NCBI GenBank assembly: GCA_948466255.1
Contig: CAOJZV010000004.1
Coordinates: forward strand, 5,541 to 69,540
Source of the DNA: an uncultured Bacillota bacterium
Lineage (GTDB): Bacteria > Bacillota_I > Bacilli_A > RF39 > UBA660
Reading direction: 5' to 3'
Length of the DNA: 64,000 nt
The position numbers were made by a program, and so were the translations under genes. This document shows positions 38,182-47,828 of this stretch, in pieces. The notes under the pieces were generated by a model. The model was given only the letters and a program-made list of their open reading frames with translations. It searched no databases and had not been told where the DNA came from. Numbering within the stretch: position 1 is the first letter of the stretch; every line of letters begins with the position of its first letter.

Positions 38182-38252
38182 TAAAAAAATTTTATAGAAA
38201 TATAATATTTATATCAATTTTCCTTTTTAGGGTATAATATGTTATTCAATTT

Positions 38253-38285
38253 GGTAAATTTGCTTAAGGCGAATTTACCTTTTTT
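38253..38285 (+). terminator. Intrinsic terminator
   Basis: GGTAAATTTGC(T)-taa-GGCGAATTTACC followed by TTTTTT. Confidence 0.75.
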
Positions 38286-38430
38286 GTATTGGAAAAATAT
38301 GCGAAAATACCAAATTTGTTATTTGACTATTATAATGCAATAGTTTAAATTATTTTCTCGTGGAAATATTGTAACCGCTATCGGTGCTTGCCTTTCAGTT
38401 CAGGGGGTTCTCTGAAGGGAGGCGATGTTT

Positions 38431-38511
38431 ATGAGTAAGAAAGATTTTTTAATCGTAGTATTACTGATAATCATTATTTTGTTAATTAGTCTTCTTTGGA
38501 AGTTTATTTAA
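38431..38511 (+). CDS. 26-aa single-TM peptide, candidate type I toxin (MSKKDFLIVVLLIIIILLISLLWKFI)
   Basis: GGGAGG SD 8 nt upstream; charged N-terminus plus hydrophobic helix; structured leader; below the ORF-track size cutoff. Confidence 0.7.
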   Translation: MSKKDFLIVVLLIIIILLISLLWKFI

Positions 38512-38595
38512 TAAAAAAAGGCACCTAAGTCTTAGACTTAAGTGCTTACAAAAAAACAATTTGGCAAGCATTGATATGTTACAATGTTTCCCATT
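38512..38595 (-). ncRNA. Candidate antisense antitoxin RNA (~85 nt)
   Basis: Minus-strand promoter TTGTAT (38630-38625) -17- TGnTATAAA (38607-38602); 11-bp terminator hairpin 38521-38545 followed by a U tract on the minus strand. Confidence 0.6.
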
Positions 38596-38689
38596 ACTTA
38601 ATTTATAACATATTTACACAAAAAATACAATATGTTTTATAAATCTTTTAATAAACATGGTATAATGAAATAGTAAAGGAATGGTGGAA

Positions 38690-39589
38690 ATGCTTAAGGT
38701 AGATAACATAACAAAATACTATGGTGATTTTCCTGCAGTTAATGGTTTATCATTTGAAGTTAAACCAGGAGAAATTTTTGGCCTTTTAGGTGTTAACGGT
38801 GCAGGGAAAACAACGACATTTAGAATGATAATTGGACTTTTAGATCCAACCAGTGGAGAAGTTACTTTAGATGGTAAAAAAATAGATTATAGTGTTACTG
38901 ATACAATTGGTTTTTTAACTGAAGAACGTAGTTTACTTACCAAAATGACAGTTAGAGAGCAATGTCATTATTATGGTGTTTTAAAAGGAATGACTGAAAA
39001 AGAAGTAGATGAAAGACTTGATTATTTACTTGATAAATTTGGTATTAGTGGTTATAAAGATAAAAAAATAAAAGAACTTTCTAAAGGTAATCAACAAAAA
39101 ATTCAGTTTATAACTGCTTTACTTAATAATCCAAGACTACTTATATTGGATGAACCTTTTTCTGGCTTAGACCCATTTAATGTTGAATTATTTAAAAATG
39201 AAATTAAAGAAATGGCTGAAAAGGGAAGTATGATTATTTTTTCATCTCATCGTATGGAACATGTTGAACTATTTTGTAAAAAAATTGTTGTTTTAAAAGA
39301 TGGAAAAGATGTTTTAAGTGGTGATTTAAAGGATATTAAAAAAGAATATCGTAAGAAAAATATTTTAGTTAAAGCTGATATTGATGTAGACAAAATAAAA
39401 AGTATCGATGGTGTTCTTGATATTATTGTTAAACCTGATGAATATGAAATTAAAATTGCTGACGAAAGTATTGAAGAAAAAGTATTTAAAGAAGTTAGCA
39501 AGTGTAAAAACGTTACTAAGTTTGCGGTTGAAGAACCATCTTTAAATGAAATATTTATTGATAAGGTAGGTGAAAATTATGAAAACTAA
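38690..39589 (+). CDS. ABC transporter ATP-binding protein (YhaQ/NatA-like)
   Basis: GVNGAGKTT, LSKGNQQKIQF, LDEPFSGLDP, SSHRMEHVE, EPSLNEIF. Confidence 0.92.
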   Translation: MLKVDNITKYYGDFPAVNGLSFEVKPGEIFGLLGVNGAGKTTTFRMIIGLLDPTSGEVTLDGKKIDYSVTDTIGFLTEERSLLTKMTVREQCHYYGVLKGMTEKEVDERLDYLLDKFGISGYKDKKIKELSKGNQQKIQFITALLNNPRLLILDEPFSGLDPFNVELFKNEIKEMAEKGSMIIFSSHRMEHVELFCKKIVVLKDGKDVLSGDLKDIKKEYRKKNILVKADIDVDKIKSIDGVLDIIVKPDEYEIKIADESIEEKVFKEVSKCKNVTKFAVEEPSLNEIFIDKVGENYEN

Positions 39590-40907
39590 ACTTTGGTATT
39601 TAGTTAAAGTAAGCCTAGGCCGTAAGATAAAAACTAAATGGTTTGTGGTTGCGAATATACTTTTATTAATTTTAATTGCTGGACTTATTAATATTGATAG
39701 TGTTATTAAGATGTTTGGTGGCGATTTTAACGAAAAACAAGTTGTGTATGTTATAGATAAATCTAATAAAAGTTATGATATTTTGAAATCGCAAAATGAC
39801 AATTATTCTTCTTTATTTAATAGTGAAGATGAGTCTAACTTTGAAATTAAAAAAACTAATAAAGATCCTAAAAAGTTATTAGCTGAAAAAGATAATAAAG
39901 ATGCATGGGTTTTAGTATTTGAAAATAGTGATGAAAATGTTTTAAATGTTAAATTAATTTCAGATGGTTTTATTAATACAACTGATTATGCCCAAATTAG
40001 TACGCTGGTTAATAATACTAAAAGTACGGTAGCTTTATCAGAAACTAATATAGATCCTAATGAACTTGCGAAAATAAGTGCGCCAGTTAAAATCGAAAGG
40101 GAAGTATTAGATGAAAACAAAAAAAGTGAAGATGAAAATATGCAGATGATTATCTCAACTGTTTTCCCAATTTTCATTTTACCTTTCTTTGCTTTAACGA
40201 TATTTTTAGTTCAAATGATTGGGGCAGAAGTAAATGATGAAAAGACTACTAGGGGTATGGAAATAATTATTTCTAATGTATCTCCTAAAGTTCATTTACT
40301 TTCTAAAGTGATTTCAAGCAATTTATTTGTAATTATTCAGGGTATTTTATTAGTCTTGTTTGCATTTATTGGAGTTGGACTTAGAGTGGCTTTAGGAACT
40401 TTTGATGCTTCAAAAGCCCTTAGTATTGGTAATTTAGATATTGGTTCAACTTTATCTAATTTCTTGACTAGTGAAATAGCCAGTCAATTAGTTTATATAA
40501 TTCCTTTAACTTTATTAATGATGGTTTTAACTTTTATTGCCTATTCATTATTAGCTGGAGTTTTAGCTTCTATGACTACTAACATTGAAGATTTTCAACA
40601 ATTACAAACGCCAATTATGATTATTTCATTATTAGGTTATTATTTAGCAATGATGGCTGGAGTATTTGAAGGTTCATTATTTATTAAGATATTTGCTTTT
40701 ATTCCATTTATTTCGGCTATACTTGCTCCTTGTTTACTCGTTTTAGGGCAGTTTAGTTTATTTGAATTTGTAATTGCGATTATATTAGTTATATTTATAA
40801 TCTTCTTACTTGTTAAGTATGGATTTAGAATTTATAAACAAGGTATTTTAAATTATTCTTCTAAAGGCTTATGGAAGAAAATGTTTAAGGCTTTAAAAAG
40901 TAAGTAG
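39579..40907 (+). CDS. ABC transporter permease (YhaP/NatB-like)
   Basis: EVNDEKTTRGMEIIISNVSP...LLSKV; IYKQGILNY. Confidence 0.88.
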   Translation: MKTKLWYLVKVSLGRKIKTKWFVVANILLLILIAGLINIDSVIKMFGGDFNEKQVVYVIDKSNKSYDILKSQNDNYSSLFNSEDESNFEIKKTNKDPKKLLAEKDNKDAWVLVFENSDENVLNVKLISDGFINTTDYAQISTLVNNTKSTVALSETNIDPNELAKISAPVKIEREVLDENKKSEDENMQMIISTVFPIFILPFFALTIFLVQMIGAEVNDEKTTRGMEIIISNVSPKVHLLSKVISSNLFVIIQGILLVLFAFIGVGLRVALGTFDASKALSIGNLDIGSTLSNFLTSEIASQLVYIIPLTLLMMVLTFIAYSLLAGVLASMTTNIEDFQQLQTPIMIISLLGYYLAMMAGVFEGSLFIKIFAFIPFISAILAPCLLVLGQFSLFEFVIAIILVIFIIFLLVKYGFRIYKQGILNYSSKGLWKKMFKALKSK

Positions 40908-40923
40908 TAATACTTACTTTTAT

Positions 40924-41009
40924 GCGAGGGTGGCGGAATGGTAGACGCGCTACTTTGAGGGGGTAGTGGAGGAAACTCTGTGAGGGTTCAAATCCCTTTC
41001 CTCGCACCA
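40924..41009 (+). tRNA. tRNA-Leu(GAG)
   Basis: Cloverleaf with long variable arm; anticodon stem CTACT/GGTAG, loop TTGAGGG; GGTTCAAATC T-arm; encoded CCA. Confidence 0.95.
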
Positions 41010-41053
41010 TTTATTTTGTGATAAACTATTATGTGTATGAAAGAAGGTAAAAA

Positions 41054-41422
41054 ATGAAAATTTGTAAGTGTAATATTTGCGGAAATGTGATTGAAGTATT
41101 AGATGATAATGGTGGGCAGTTAGTGTGCTGCGGTGAAGAAATGGAGCTTATGGTTCCTGAAGCTAGTGATGGTGCTAGGGAAAAGCATGTACCAGTTATT
41201 ACTAAAGATGGTGATGAAATTATAGTTTCAGTTGGTAGTGTAAAACATCCAATGGATGATGATCATTATATTAATTGGATTGCTCTTGAAAACGATGGTA
41301 TAGTTACACGTGTTAATTTAAATCCAAGTGATGAGCCAGAAGCTAGATTTCCTTATGTAAAAGGAAGTATTGTTTATGCTTACTGTGATAAACATGGTTT
41401 ATGGAAAGCTATAGTAGAATAA
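41054..41422 (+). CDS. dfx: Desulfoferrodoxin (superoxide reductase)
   Basis: CNICGN, VCCGEEM, EKHVP, HPM...HYI.WI, YCDKHGLW. Confidence 0.93.
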   Translation: MKICKCNICGNVIEVLDDNGGQLVCCGEEMELMVPEASDGAREKHVPVITKDGDEIIVSVGSVKHPMDDDHYINWIALENDGIVTRVNLNPSDEPEARFPYVKGSIVYAYCDKHGLWKAIVE

Positions 41423-41434
41423 GCTTTCTTTTAT

Positions 41435-41510
41435 GCCGAAATAGCTCAGTCGGTAGAGCAACCGTCTCGTAATCGGTAGGTCGCAGGTTCGATTCCTGTT
41501 TTCGGCACCA
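41435..41510 (+). tRNA. tRNA-Thr(CGT)
   Basis: 76-nt cloverleaf GCCGAAA...TTTCGGC-ACCA; anticodon loop CTCGTAA. Confidence 0.93.
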
Positions 41511-41602
41511 TTTAAAAACAACTCGAATTTATTTTCGAGTTTTTATATAAAATCATTTGTTAAATAAACGAAATATAGTGTATAATTATAAGAGGTGATA
41601 AT

Positions 41603-43432
41603 ATGGCAGTAATTAAAGTAATGGATGAAATACTTTCAAATAAAATAGCCGCTGGAGAAGTTGTTGAAAGATGTGCTTCTGTGGTTAAGGAACTAGTAGA
41701 AAATAGTATTGATGCAGGTGCTACTGAAATAAAAGTTGAACTTCAGGATGCAGGTACTAAAGAAATAAAAGTTATTGATAACGGAAAAGGTATGGATGAA
41801 GATGATGCAGTTTTATCTTTTTCTAGACATGCGACTAGTAAAATAACTGATGAGGAAGATTTATTTAGACTTACAACTTTAGGTTTTAGAGGGGAAGCTC
41901 TTGCGTCTATTGCTTCTGTTTCTAAGGTGGATTTGAAAACTAGTACTGGTGAACTTGGAACTCATGTTATTATAAATGGCGGAAAAATTGAAACTGTAGA
42001 GAAGGGTGACGCTAGAAAAGGAACTATTATTATAGTTAGTGAACTATTTTATAATACGCCTGCTCGTCTTAAACATATGAAAAGTTTATATACAGAACTT
42101 GCTAGTATAACTGATTATATGAATAAACTATCTTTATCAAGACCGGATATTAGATTTTCTTTATCTAATAATGATAATTTAATTTTACAGACTGATGGTA
42201 GTGATAATACATTAAAAACCATTAAAAATATTTATGGTAGTGATGTAGCTAGAAAGATGCTTGAAATAAACGGGGAGAATGCGGACTATGAAATTCATGG
42301 TTATATTTCTTCACCAGAAGTTCATAGATCTAGCCGTAATAATATGATTACTTTGGTTAACGGAAGAATTGTTAGGAATTTAGATATTAATCGAACTATT
42401 AATGATAGTTATCATTCTTATAAACCTGATAATAGATATCCAATAACTGTTATTCATATTACAGTTGATCCTAGTGTAATAGATGTTAATATTCATCCAA
42501 CTAAAATGGATATTAAATTTAGTAAAATGGATACATTATTAGAACTTATAAAAGAAAGTATTTTTAAGGTTATAAGTACTAAAAATTTAATTCCTGAAGT
42601 TGTTATTAGGGATCCTAAACCTAAATATGAAGAAATGACTTTAAATTTAACTAGAGACGAAAGTGATATTAAAGAACCTAGTGTTAAAGAAGAGTTGAAT
42701 TTAGAACCTAAAGAATTAATTGTAAATAATTTTTATTTTGATGATGATAAAGAAGAAACTGTAACTTATGAAGTAGATACAACTGGCGATGTGGTTATGG
42801 AAAATGTAGAATCTTATAATCAATATGATGAGGACTCAATGCCAGAAATGTATCCTGTCGGTTTAGTACATGGAACTTATATTATTTGTCAAAATGAAAG
42901 AGGCATGTATATTATCGACCAGCACGCCGCTAAAGAAAGATGTAATTATGAATTATTTAAAAAACAAATGGGAAATCCTAATGTAGCTTCAACACCTATG
43001 TTATTTCCAGTGACTATTGAACTTTCTAATACTGAATTTATGATTTTAAAAGAGAATATGCATATTTTAAGAGATTTAAAATTTAACATTGAAGAATTTG
43101 GGATTAATTCAGTTATTATTAAAGAACATCCAGCTTGGCTTAATGGTGATATTGAAGATACAATTAGAAAAATAATTGAAATTGTAATTGCAACTGAAAA
43201 GAATTTTGATATTGAAAAATTCAATGAAAAAGTGGCAACTATGATGAGCTGTAAACAAGCCATTAAAGCTAACATGAATATTACGATGGAGGAAATGGAA
43301 GCTTTAGTTAGCGATTTAAGAAAATGTAAAAACCCATATAACTGTCCTCATGGAAGACCAACAACTATTTTCTATTCAAATTATGATATGGAAAAGTTGT
43401 TTAAACGTAGTGGATTTGATACAATTAAGTAA
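41603..43432 (+). CDS. mutL: DNA mismatch repair endonuclease MutL
   Basis: IAAGEVVER, KELVENSIDAGA, GFRGEALASI, DQHAAKER, CPHGRPT. Confidence 0.97.
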   Translation: MAVIKVMDEILSNKIAAGEVVERCASVVKELVENSIDAGATEIKVELQDAGTKEIKVIDNGKGMDEDDAVLSFSRHATSKITDEEDLFRLTTLGFRGEALASIASVSKVDLKTSTGELGTHVIINGGKIETVEKGDARKGTIIIVSELFYNTPARLKHMKSLYTELASITDYMNKLSLSRPDIRFSLSNNDNLILQTDGSDNTLKTIKNIYGSDVARKMLEINGENADYEIHGYISSPEVHRSSRNNMITLVNGRIVRNLDINRTINDSYHSYKPDNRYPITVIHITVDPSVIDVNIHPTKMDIKFSKMDTLLELIKESIFKVISTKNLIPEVVIRDPKPKYEEMTLNLTRDESDIKEPSVKEELNLEPKELIVNNFYFDDDKEETVTYEVDTTGDVVMENVESYNQYDEDSMPEMYPVGLVHGTYIICQNERGMYIIDQHAAKERCNYELFKKQMGNPNVASTPMLFPVTIELSNTEFMILKENMHILRDLKFNIEEFGINSVIIKEHPAWLNGDIEDTIRKIIEIVIATEKNFDIEKFNEKVATMMSCKQAIKANMNITMEEMEALVSDLRKCKNPYNCPHGRPTTIFYSNYDMEKLFKRSGFDTIK

Positions 43433-43446
43433 AGGAGGTCTTGTTT

Positions 43447-43995
43447 ATGCCTATTTGTAATAAAATAACTAAAGAGCAAATTCATGAAATAAATGAGCGT
43501 TTACAGAAACAAGAGAAAGAGTTTTATAAAAGAGATGATGCAAAAAAATACCCTGATAGGGATAATTGGGAAGTTTTAGAAGACGGAATGAAAAAGATTG
43601 AAAACTCACCAACGAAACATTTACTGTTCGCACATGCAGATTATTCTGATGATGAATCAAAAGAAACATTAGAAAACAGAGAGTCTGGATTATCTGATTA
43701 TGAAATAAGTGATGAAACGAGAAATGCCATTAATGAGGATATAATGAAAAAGTTTGGTATGAGCTTAGATGAATTTACTAAATTAGATAGTGACAAACAA
43801 ACTGAATTAATAGAAAAGTATCATGGTAAGAAAATGGGAGTAGATAATTCTTTATATATAGGTGGAGGAGTATGTAAGACTTTAGTAACTTCAGAAGAAC
43901 TAGATGAAAGATTACAAGAAATGGATAAAGCTATATTAGAAGAAAATGAAATATTAGAAGATAAATCTAAAGTAAAAACATTTAAGAAAAAATAA
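43447..43995 (+). CDS. Acidic hypothetical protein
   Basis: AAGGAGG RBS; long ORF followed by a terminator. Confidence 0.65.
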   Translation: MPICNKITKEQIHEINERLQKQEKEFYKRDDAKKYPDRDNWEVLEDGMKKIENSPTKHLLFAHADYSDDESKETLENRESGLSDYEISDETRNAINEDIMKKFGMSLDEFTKLDSDKQTELIEKYHGKKMGVDNSLYIGGGVCKTLVTSEELDERLQEMDKAILEENEILEDKSKVKTFKKK

Positions 43996-44073
43996 AAAAA
44001 GTCATAGAAAATACCTATGGCTTTTCTAGTACTTTAATGAAATATATGTTATAATTTATAAAGGTGATAAAAT

Positions 44074-45189
44074 ATGACATATTTAGACTATAGTGCGACT
44101 ACACCAGTTAGTGATGATGTATTAGATAGTTTTGTAAAAGCTTCTAAGTATATAGGTAATCCTAATTCACTTCACAAACTTGGAGTAGAAAGCAAAAAAT
44201 TAATAGATGCGAGTACTAATCAAATAAGTAAAATATTAGGTGTAAAACCTGAAGAAATTATTTATACATCAGGGGCTTCGGAATCTAACAATTTAGCTTT
44301 AAAAGGAATAGAAGTATATAAAAATAGAGGTAATCATATTATAACAACTGAACTTGAACATTCTTCTATTTATGGACCACTTAATTATATGGCTAATAAT
44401 GGTTTTGAAATAGATTTTGTTCCTTTAAAAAATGGTATTGTGGATATGGATGCTTTAAAAGAAATGATTACTGATAAAACTATTTTAGTTAGTATTAGTG
44501 CGGTCAATAGTGAGACTGGTATTAGACAGCCAATAGAGGAAATAGGAATGCTTTTAAAAGAATATCCTAAAGTCATATTCCATAGTGATATGACACAAGC
44601 TATTGGTAAAATAAATATTAGTTTAGAAAATGTTGATATGGCTAGTTTTTCAGCTCATAAGTTTTTCGGAATAAAAGGTATTGGAGTTTTAGTTAAAAAA
44701 GAAAATATTAGACTTGAACCAATTATTCATGGTGGAAAAAGTACAACTATTTATCGTAGTGGGACGCCAGCTTCAGCTTTAATTGTCAGTATGGCAAAAG
44801 CTTTAAGATTAGCTACTGAAAGTTTAGATGAAGATATTAAAAAAGTTAAAAAATTGAATGAAAAATTAAAAAAAGAATTAGAAAAATATGAAAATGTTTA
44901 TATTAATAGTACAGATGATTCTATTCCTCATGTACTTAATATAAGTGTATTAGGTGTTAAACCAGAAACAATGCTTCATGCTTTAGAAGAAGATGATATA
45001 TATATTTCTACGCAAAGTGCTTGCTCAACTGGAAACACTTCAAAAGCAGTTATGGCCGTAACTCATGATACTGATAGAGCTTCATCAAGTATTAGAGTAA
45101 GTATATCTTCAAAAACTACTGATGAAGATATAGATAACTTTTTAAAAAGTTTTGATAAAAATTATAATAGATTGGTTGTGAAAAAATGA
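44074..45189 (+). CDS. Cysteine desulfurase (IscS/NifS class I)
   Basis: YLDYSATTP, GNPNSLH, SAHKF.G.KG.G, STQSACS. Confidence 0.92.
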   Translation: MTYLDYSATTPVSDDVLDSFVKASKYIGNPNSLHKLGVESKKLIDASTNQISKILGVKPEEIIYTSGASESNNLALKGIEVYKNRGNHIITTELEHSSIYGPLNYMANNGFEIDFVPLKNGIVDMDALKEMITDKTILVSISAVNSETGIRQPIEEIGMLLKEYPKVIFHSDMTQAIGKINISLENVDMASFSAHKFFGIKGIGVLVKKENIRLEPIIHGGKSTTIYRSGTPASALIVSMAKALRLATESLDEDIKKVKKLNEKLKKELEKYENVYINSTDDSIPHVLNISVLGVKPETMLHALEEDDIYISTQSACSTGNTSKAVMAVTHDTDRASSSIRVSISSKTTDEDIDNFLKSFDKNYNRLVVKK

Positions 45190-45665
45190 GAAGAGATAAA
45201 ACTAATTATTATTTAGATATTGCAGAAACTATTTTGGAGAGAGGAACTTGTCTTCGTAGAAATTATGGTGCAGTTATTGTTAAAAATGATGAAATAATTT
45301 CTACTGGTTTTACAGGTGCGCCTCGTGGAAGAAAAAACTGCTGCGATTTAAAAAAATGTATGAGAGAAGAATTAAAAATTCCAAGTGGACAAAGATATGA
45401 ACTTTGTAGAAGTGTTCATGCTGAGCAAAATGCGATTATATCGGCTTCAAGAAAAGATTTAATTGATAGTGATTTATATTTAGTAGGTAGAGAAGTTAAA
45501 TCTAATGATTATGTTAAAAATGCATCTCCTTGTGAACTTTGCAAAAGATTTATTATAAATGCCGGTATTAAAAGAGTTATTATTAGAGATGATAAAGATA
45601 ATTACCGTATTGTAAATGTAAATGAATATGTTACAAATGATGATACTGTAGGTGAATTAGTGTGA
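45186..45665 (+). CDS. dCMP deaminase-family protein
   Basis: TCLRR..GAVIVK, SVHAEQNAII, SPCELCKRFIINAGI. Confidence 0.88.
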   Translation: MRRDKTNYYLDIAETILERGTCLRRNYGAVIVKNDEIISTGFTGAPRGRKNCCDLKKCMREELKIPSGQRYELCRSVHAEQNAIISASRKDLIDSDLYLVGREVKSNDYVKNASPCELCKRFIINAGIKRVIIRDDKDNYRIVNVNEYVTNDDTVGELV

Positions 45666-45922
45666 AAATTATTAAGATTAATGCAATTTGGTGTAGCGGA
45701 TGTTTATCTATGAAAAAGATTTGGAAGGAAATCGAAGAAGAATATCCTAATTTAGATATTATTAATTTAGATTATGATATGGATGAAGATGAGGTTATGA
45801 AATATAATCCTGGTGAAGTGCTTCCTGTAGTTATTTTAAAAAATAATGAAAAAGAAATTAGATTAATTGGTGAGAAAACAAAAGAAGAAATTATAGAAAG
45901 TATAAAACAAATAAATGAATAA
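45662..45922 (+). CDS. Thioredoxin-like protein
   Basis: WCSGC active site and cis-Pro (VLPV). Confidence 0.8.
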   Translation: MKIIKINAIWCSGCLSMKKIWKEIEEEYPNLDIINLDYDMDEDEVMKYNPGEVLPVVILKNNEKEIRLIGEKTKEEIIESIKQINE

Positions 45923-47087
45923 AAAGATTTTATTTATTATAACCATCTTAGCTTTTTTATTAATTCCATTTAAAGCTGAGGCAAAAGAACTTACTATTAA
46001 TTTATTTTACGGAAAAGAATGTCCACACTGTGAAGCTGAACAAAAATATTTAGATACTTTAAAAAAACAATATGGTGATAATATTGAAATTAAAAAATTT
46101 GAAGTATGGCATGATAGTGATAATAATGATTTACTTACAAAGGTTAGAATAGCTTTAGATAATGAAGATACTGGTGTTCCATATACTGTAATTGGAACTT
46201 ATGGATTTACTGGGTATAGTGAAGATATTGCTGATAAAATTAGGAATTCGGTTAAAGATAATATTAAAGAGCCAATTCCAGATATAATTGATGATGTCAA
46301 AAAAGGAAAAGAAATATCGGAAATTAAAAAAATAGAAAGTAGTGATGTAACTGTTCCTATTTTAGGAAAGGTGGATGCGAAAACTGTTTCTTTACCTTTA
46401 CTTGCGGTTGTAATTGGTCTTGCTGATGGATTTAATCCTTGTGCGATGTGGGTTTTACTATTTTTAATTAGTATGCTTCTTGGAATGAAAAATCGTAAAC
46501 GTATGTGGATGCTTGGAGTAACTTTCATTTTAACCTCAGCAATTATGTATACTTTGTTTATGGTGGCGTGGCTTCATATCGCAGCTTCGGCAATGCAACA
46601 AGTTTTACTTAGAACTTTAATTGCTTTAGTTGCTATTGTTGCAGGTGCTTATAATTTAAATAAATATTTTAAAGAGCCTGATGGATGCAGCGTTACTAAC
46701 AAAAAACAAAGAAAACAAATTTTTGAAAAAATAAAAAAATTCACAAAAGAAAAAAGTTTAATTTTAGCTTTAATTGGCGTTATTACTTTGGCAATTACTG
46801 TTAATTTAGTTGAGCTTGCATGTTCAGCTGGTCTTCCGTTATTATTTACTAGTGTACTTGCTATGAATGATTTAAACGCATTTGAATATGGTTTATATAT
46901 TTTCATTTATATATTCTTCTTCTTAATTGATGATATAATTATATTTTTAATTGCAATGAAGACGATGGAAGTTAAGGGTATTTCAACTAAATATGGTAAA
47001 TATTCTTCATTAATTGGTGGAATATTAATGTTATTAATTGGGGCATTATTAATATTAAAACCTGAATGGATTATGTTTAATTTTTAA
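45915..47087 (+). CDS. Glutaredoxin/thioredoxin domain fused to CcdA/DsbD-like membrane domain
   Basis: Signal peptide; CPHC, GVP; DGFNPCAMW and ELACSAGLP membrane cysteines. Confidence 0.85.
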   Translation: MNKKILFIITILAFLLIPFKAEAKELTINLFYGKECPHCEAEQKYLDTLKKQYGDNIEIKKFEVWHDSDNNDLLTKVRIALDNEDTGVPYTVIGTYGFTGYSEDIADKIRNSVKDNIKEPIPDIIDDVKKGKEISEIKKIESSDVTVPILGKVDAKTVSLPLLAVVIGLADGFNPCAMWVLLFLISMLLGMKNRKRMWMLGVTFILTSAIMYTLFMVAWLHIAASAMQQVLLRTLIALVAIVAGAYNLNKYFKEPDGCSVTNKKQRKQIFEKIKKFTKEKSLILALIGVITLAITVNLVELACSAGLPLLFTSVLAMNDLNAFEYGLYIFIYIFFFLIDDIIIFLIAMKTMEVKGISTKYGKYSSLIGGILMLLIGALLILKPEWIMFNF

Positions 47088-47155
47088 AAAAATGTAATTT
47101 TTTCTTATAAATCTTGTTTTACTGCGCACTCTAATATTGGAAAGGTGGTAAAAAA

Positions 47156-47710
47156 ATGGATGAAAAGAATAATACAATGACCATTATAATTGTCGTTATT
47201 GTCTTACTTATTGCTGGTTTAATTGCTTATTTTGTTTTCAATAATATGCAAGGTAATGATACTAATGTAAATGAACCAACAACTAATGAAAATGAAAATA
47301 ATAATTTAGATGATACTAGCGATGAAACAAGAGATGTAGCTGGCGCTTATACTGGTACATATAATAAGAATACTAATGTATTAGAAGATGCAGCAGATGC
47401 TGTTACTGACAATGATAGTGATAGAGTTGTTGTTGAATTAGTTCTTGATGAAGATGGAAAAGCCACTTTCGTAAAATCAGGCGATACTGACGAAACCATT
47501 AAGGGAACTTATACAACAACTAATGATCAAGTAACTTTAACTGCTGACAAAGATGAAAATAATGATAATACAGCTGATAATAAAACTGGTAATACTTATA
47601 CATTTGATATAAATGCTGATGGTTCATTATCTTATAAAGAAGATTCTACATCTACTGATACTGTTACTTTAAACAAAACTGATAAAAGTAATTTAAAACA
47701 TATTAAATAG
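47156..47710 (+). CDS. Membrane-anchored extracellular beta-rich protein
   Basis: N-terminal TM, Asn/Asp-rich linker, GAYTG...DGKA...GTYTT...YTFDINADG. Confidence 0.65.
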   Translation: MDEKNNTMTIIIVVIVLLIAGLIAYFVFNNMQGNDTNVNEPTTNENENNNLDDTSDETRDVAGAYTGTYNKNTNVLEDAADAVTDNDSDRVVVELVLDEDGKATFVKSGDTDETIKGTYTTTNDQVTLTADKDENNDNTADNKTGNTYTFDINADGSLSYKEDSTSTDTVTLNKTDKSNLKHIK

Positions 47711-47828
47711 TATAGCTGTGCTATACTTTTTTTGTAAATTTTTATGTAAAGGAAATTATTTTTCAAGGAAATTACTTTTTTTTATTTTTTTTTGTGCTAA
47801 AATGGGTATAGGATAGGAGAGTTTTTAT

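Noticed and set aside
40924-41510. tRNA genes as island integration sites
   Set aside because: No duplicated tRNA 3' end or integrase was noticed in the window; flanking genes are housekeeping.
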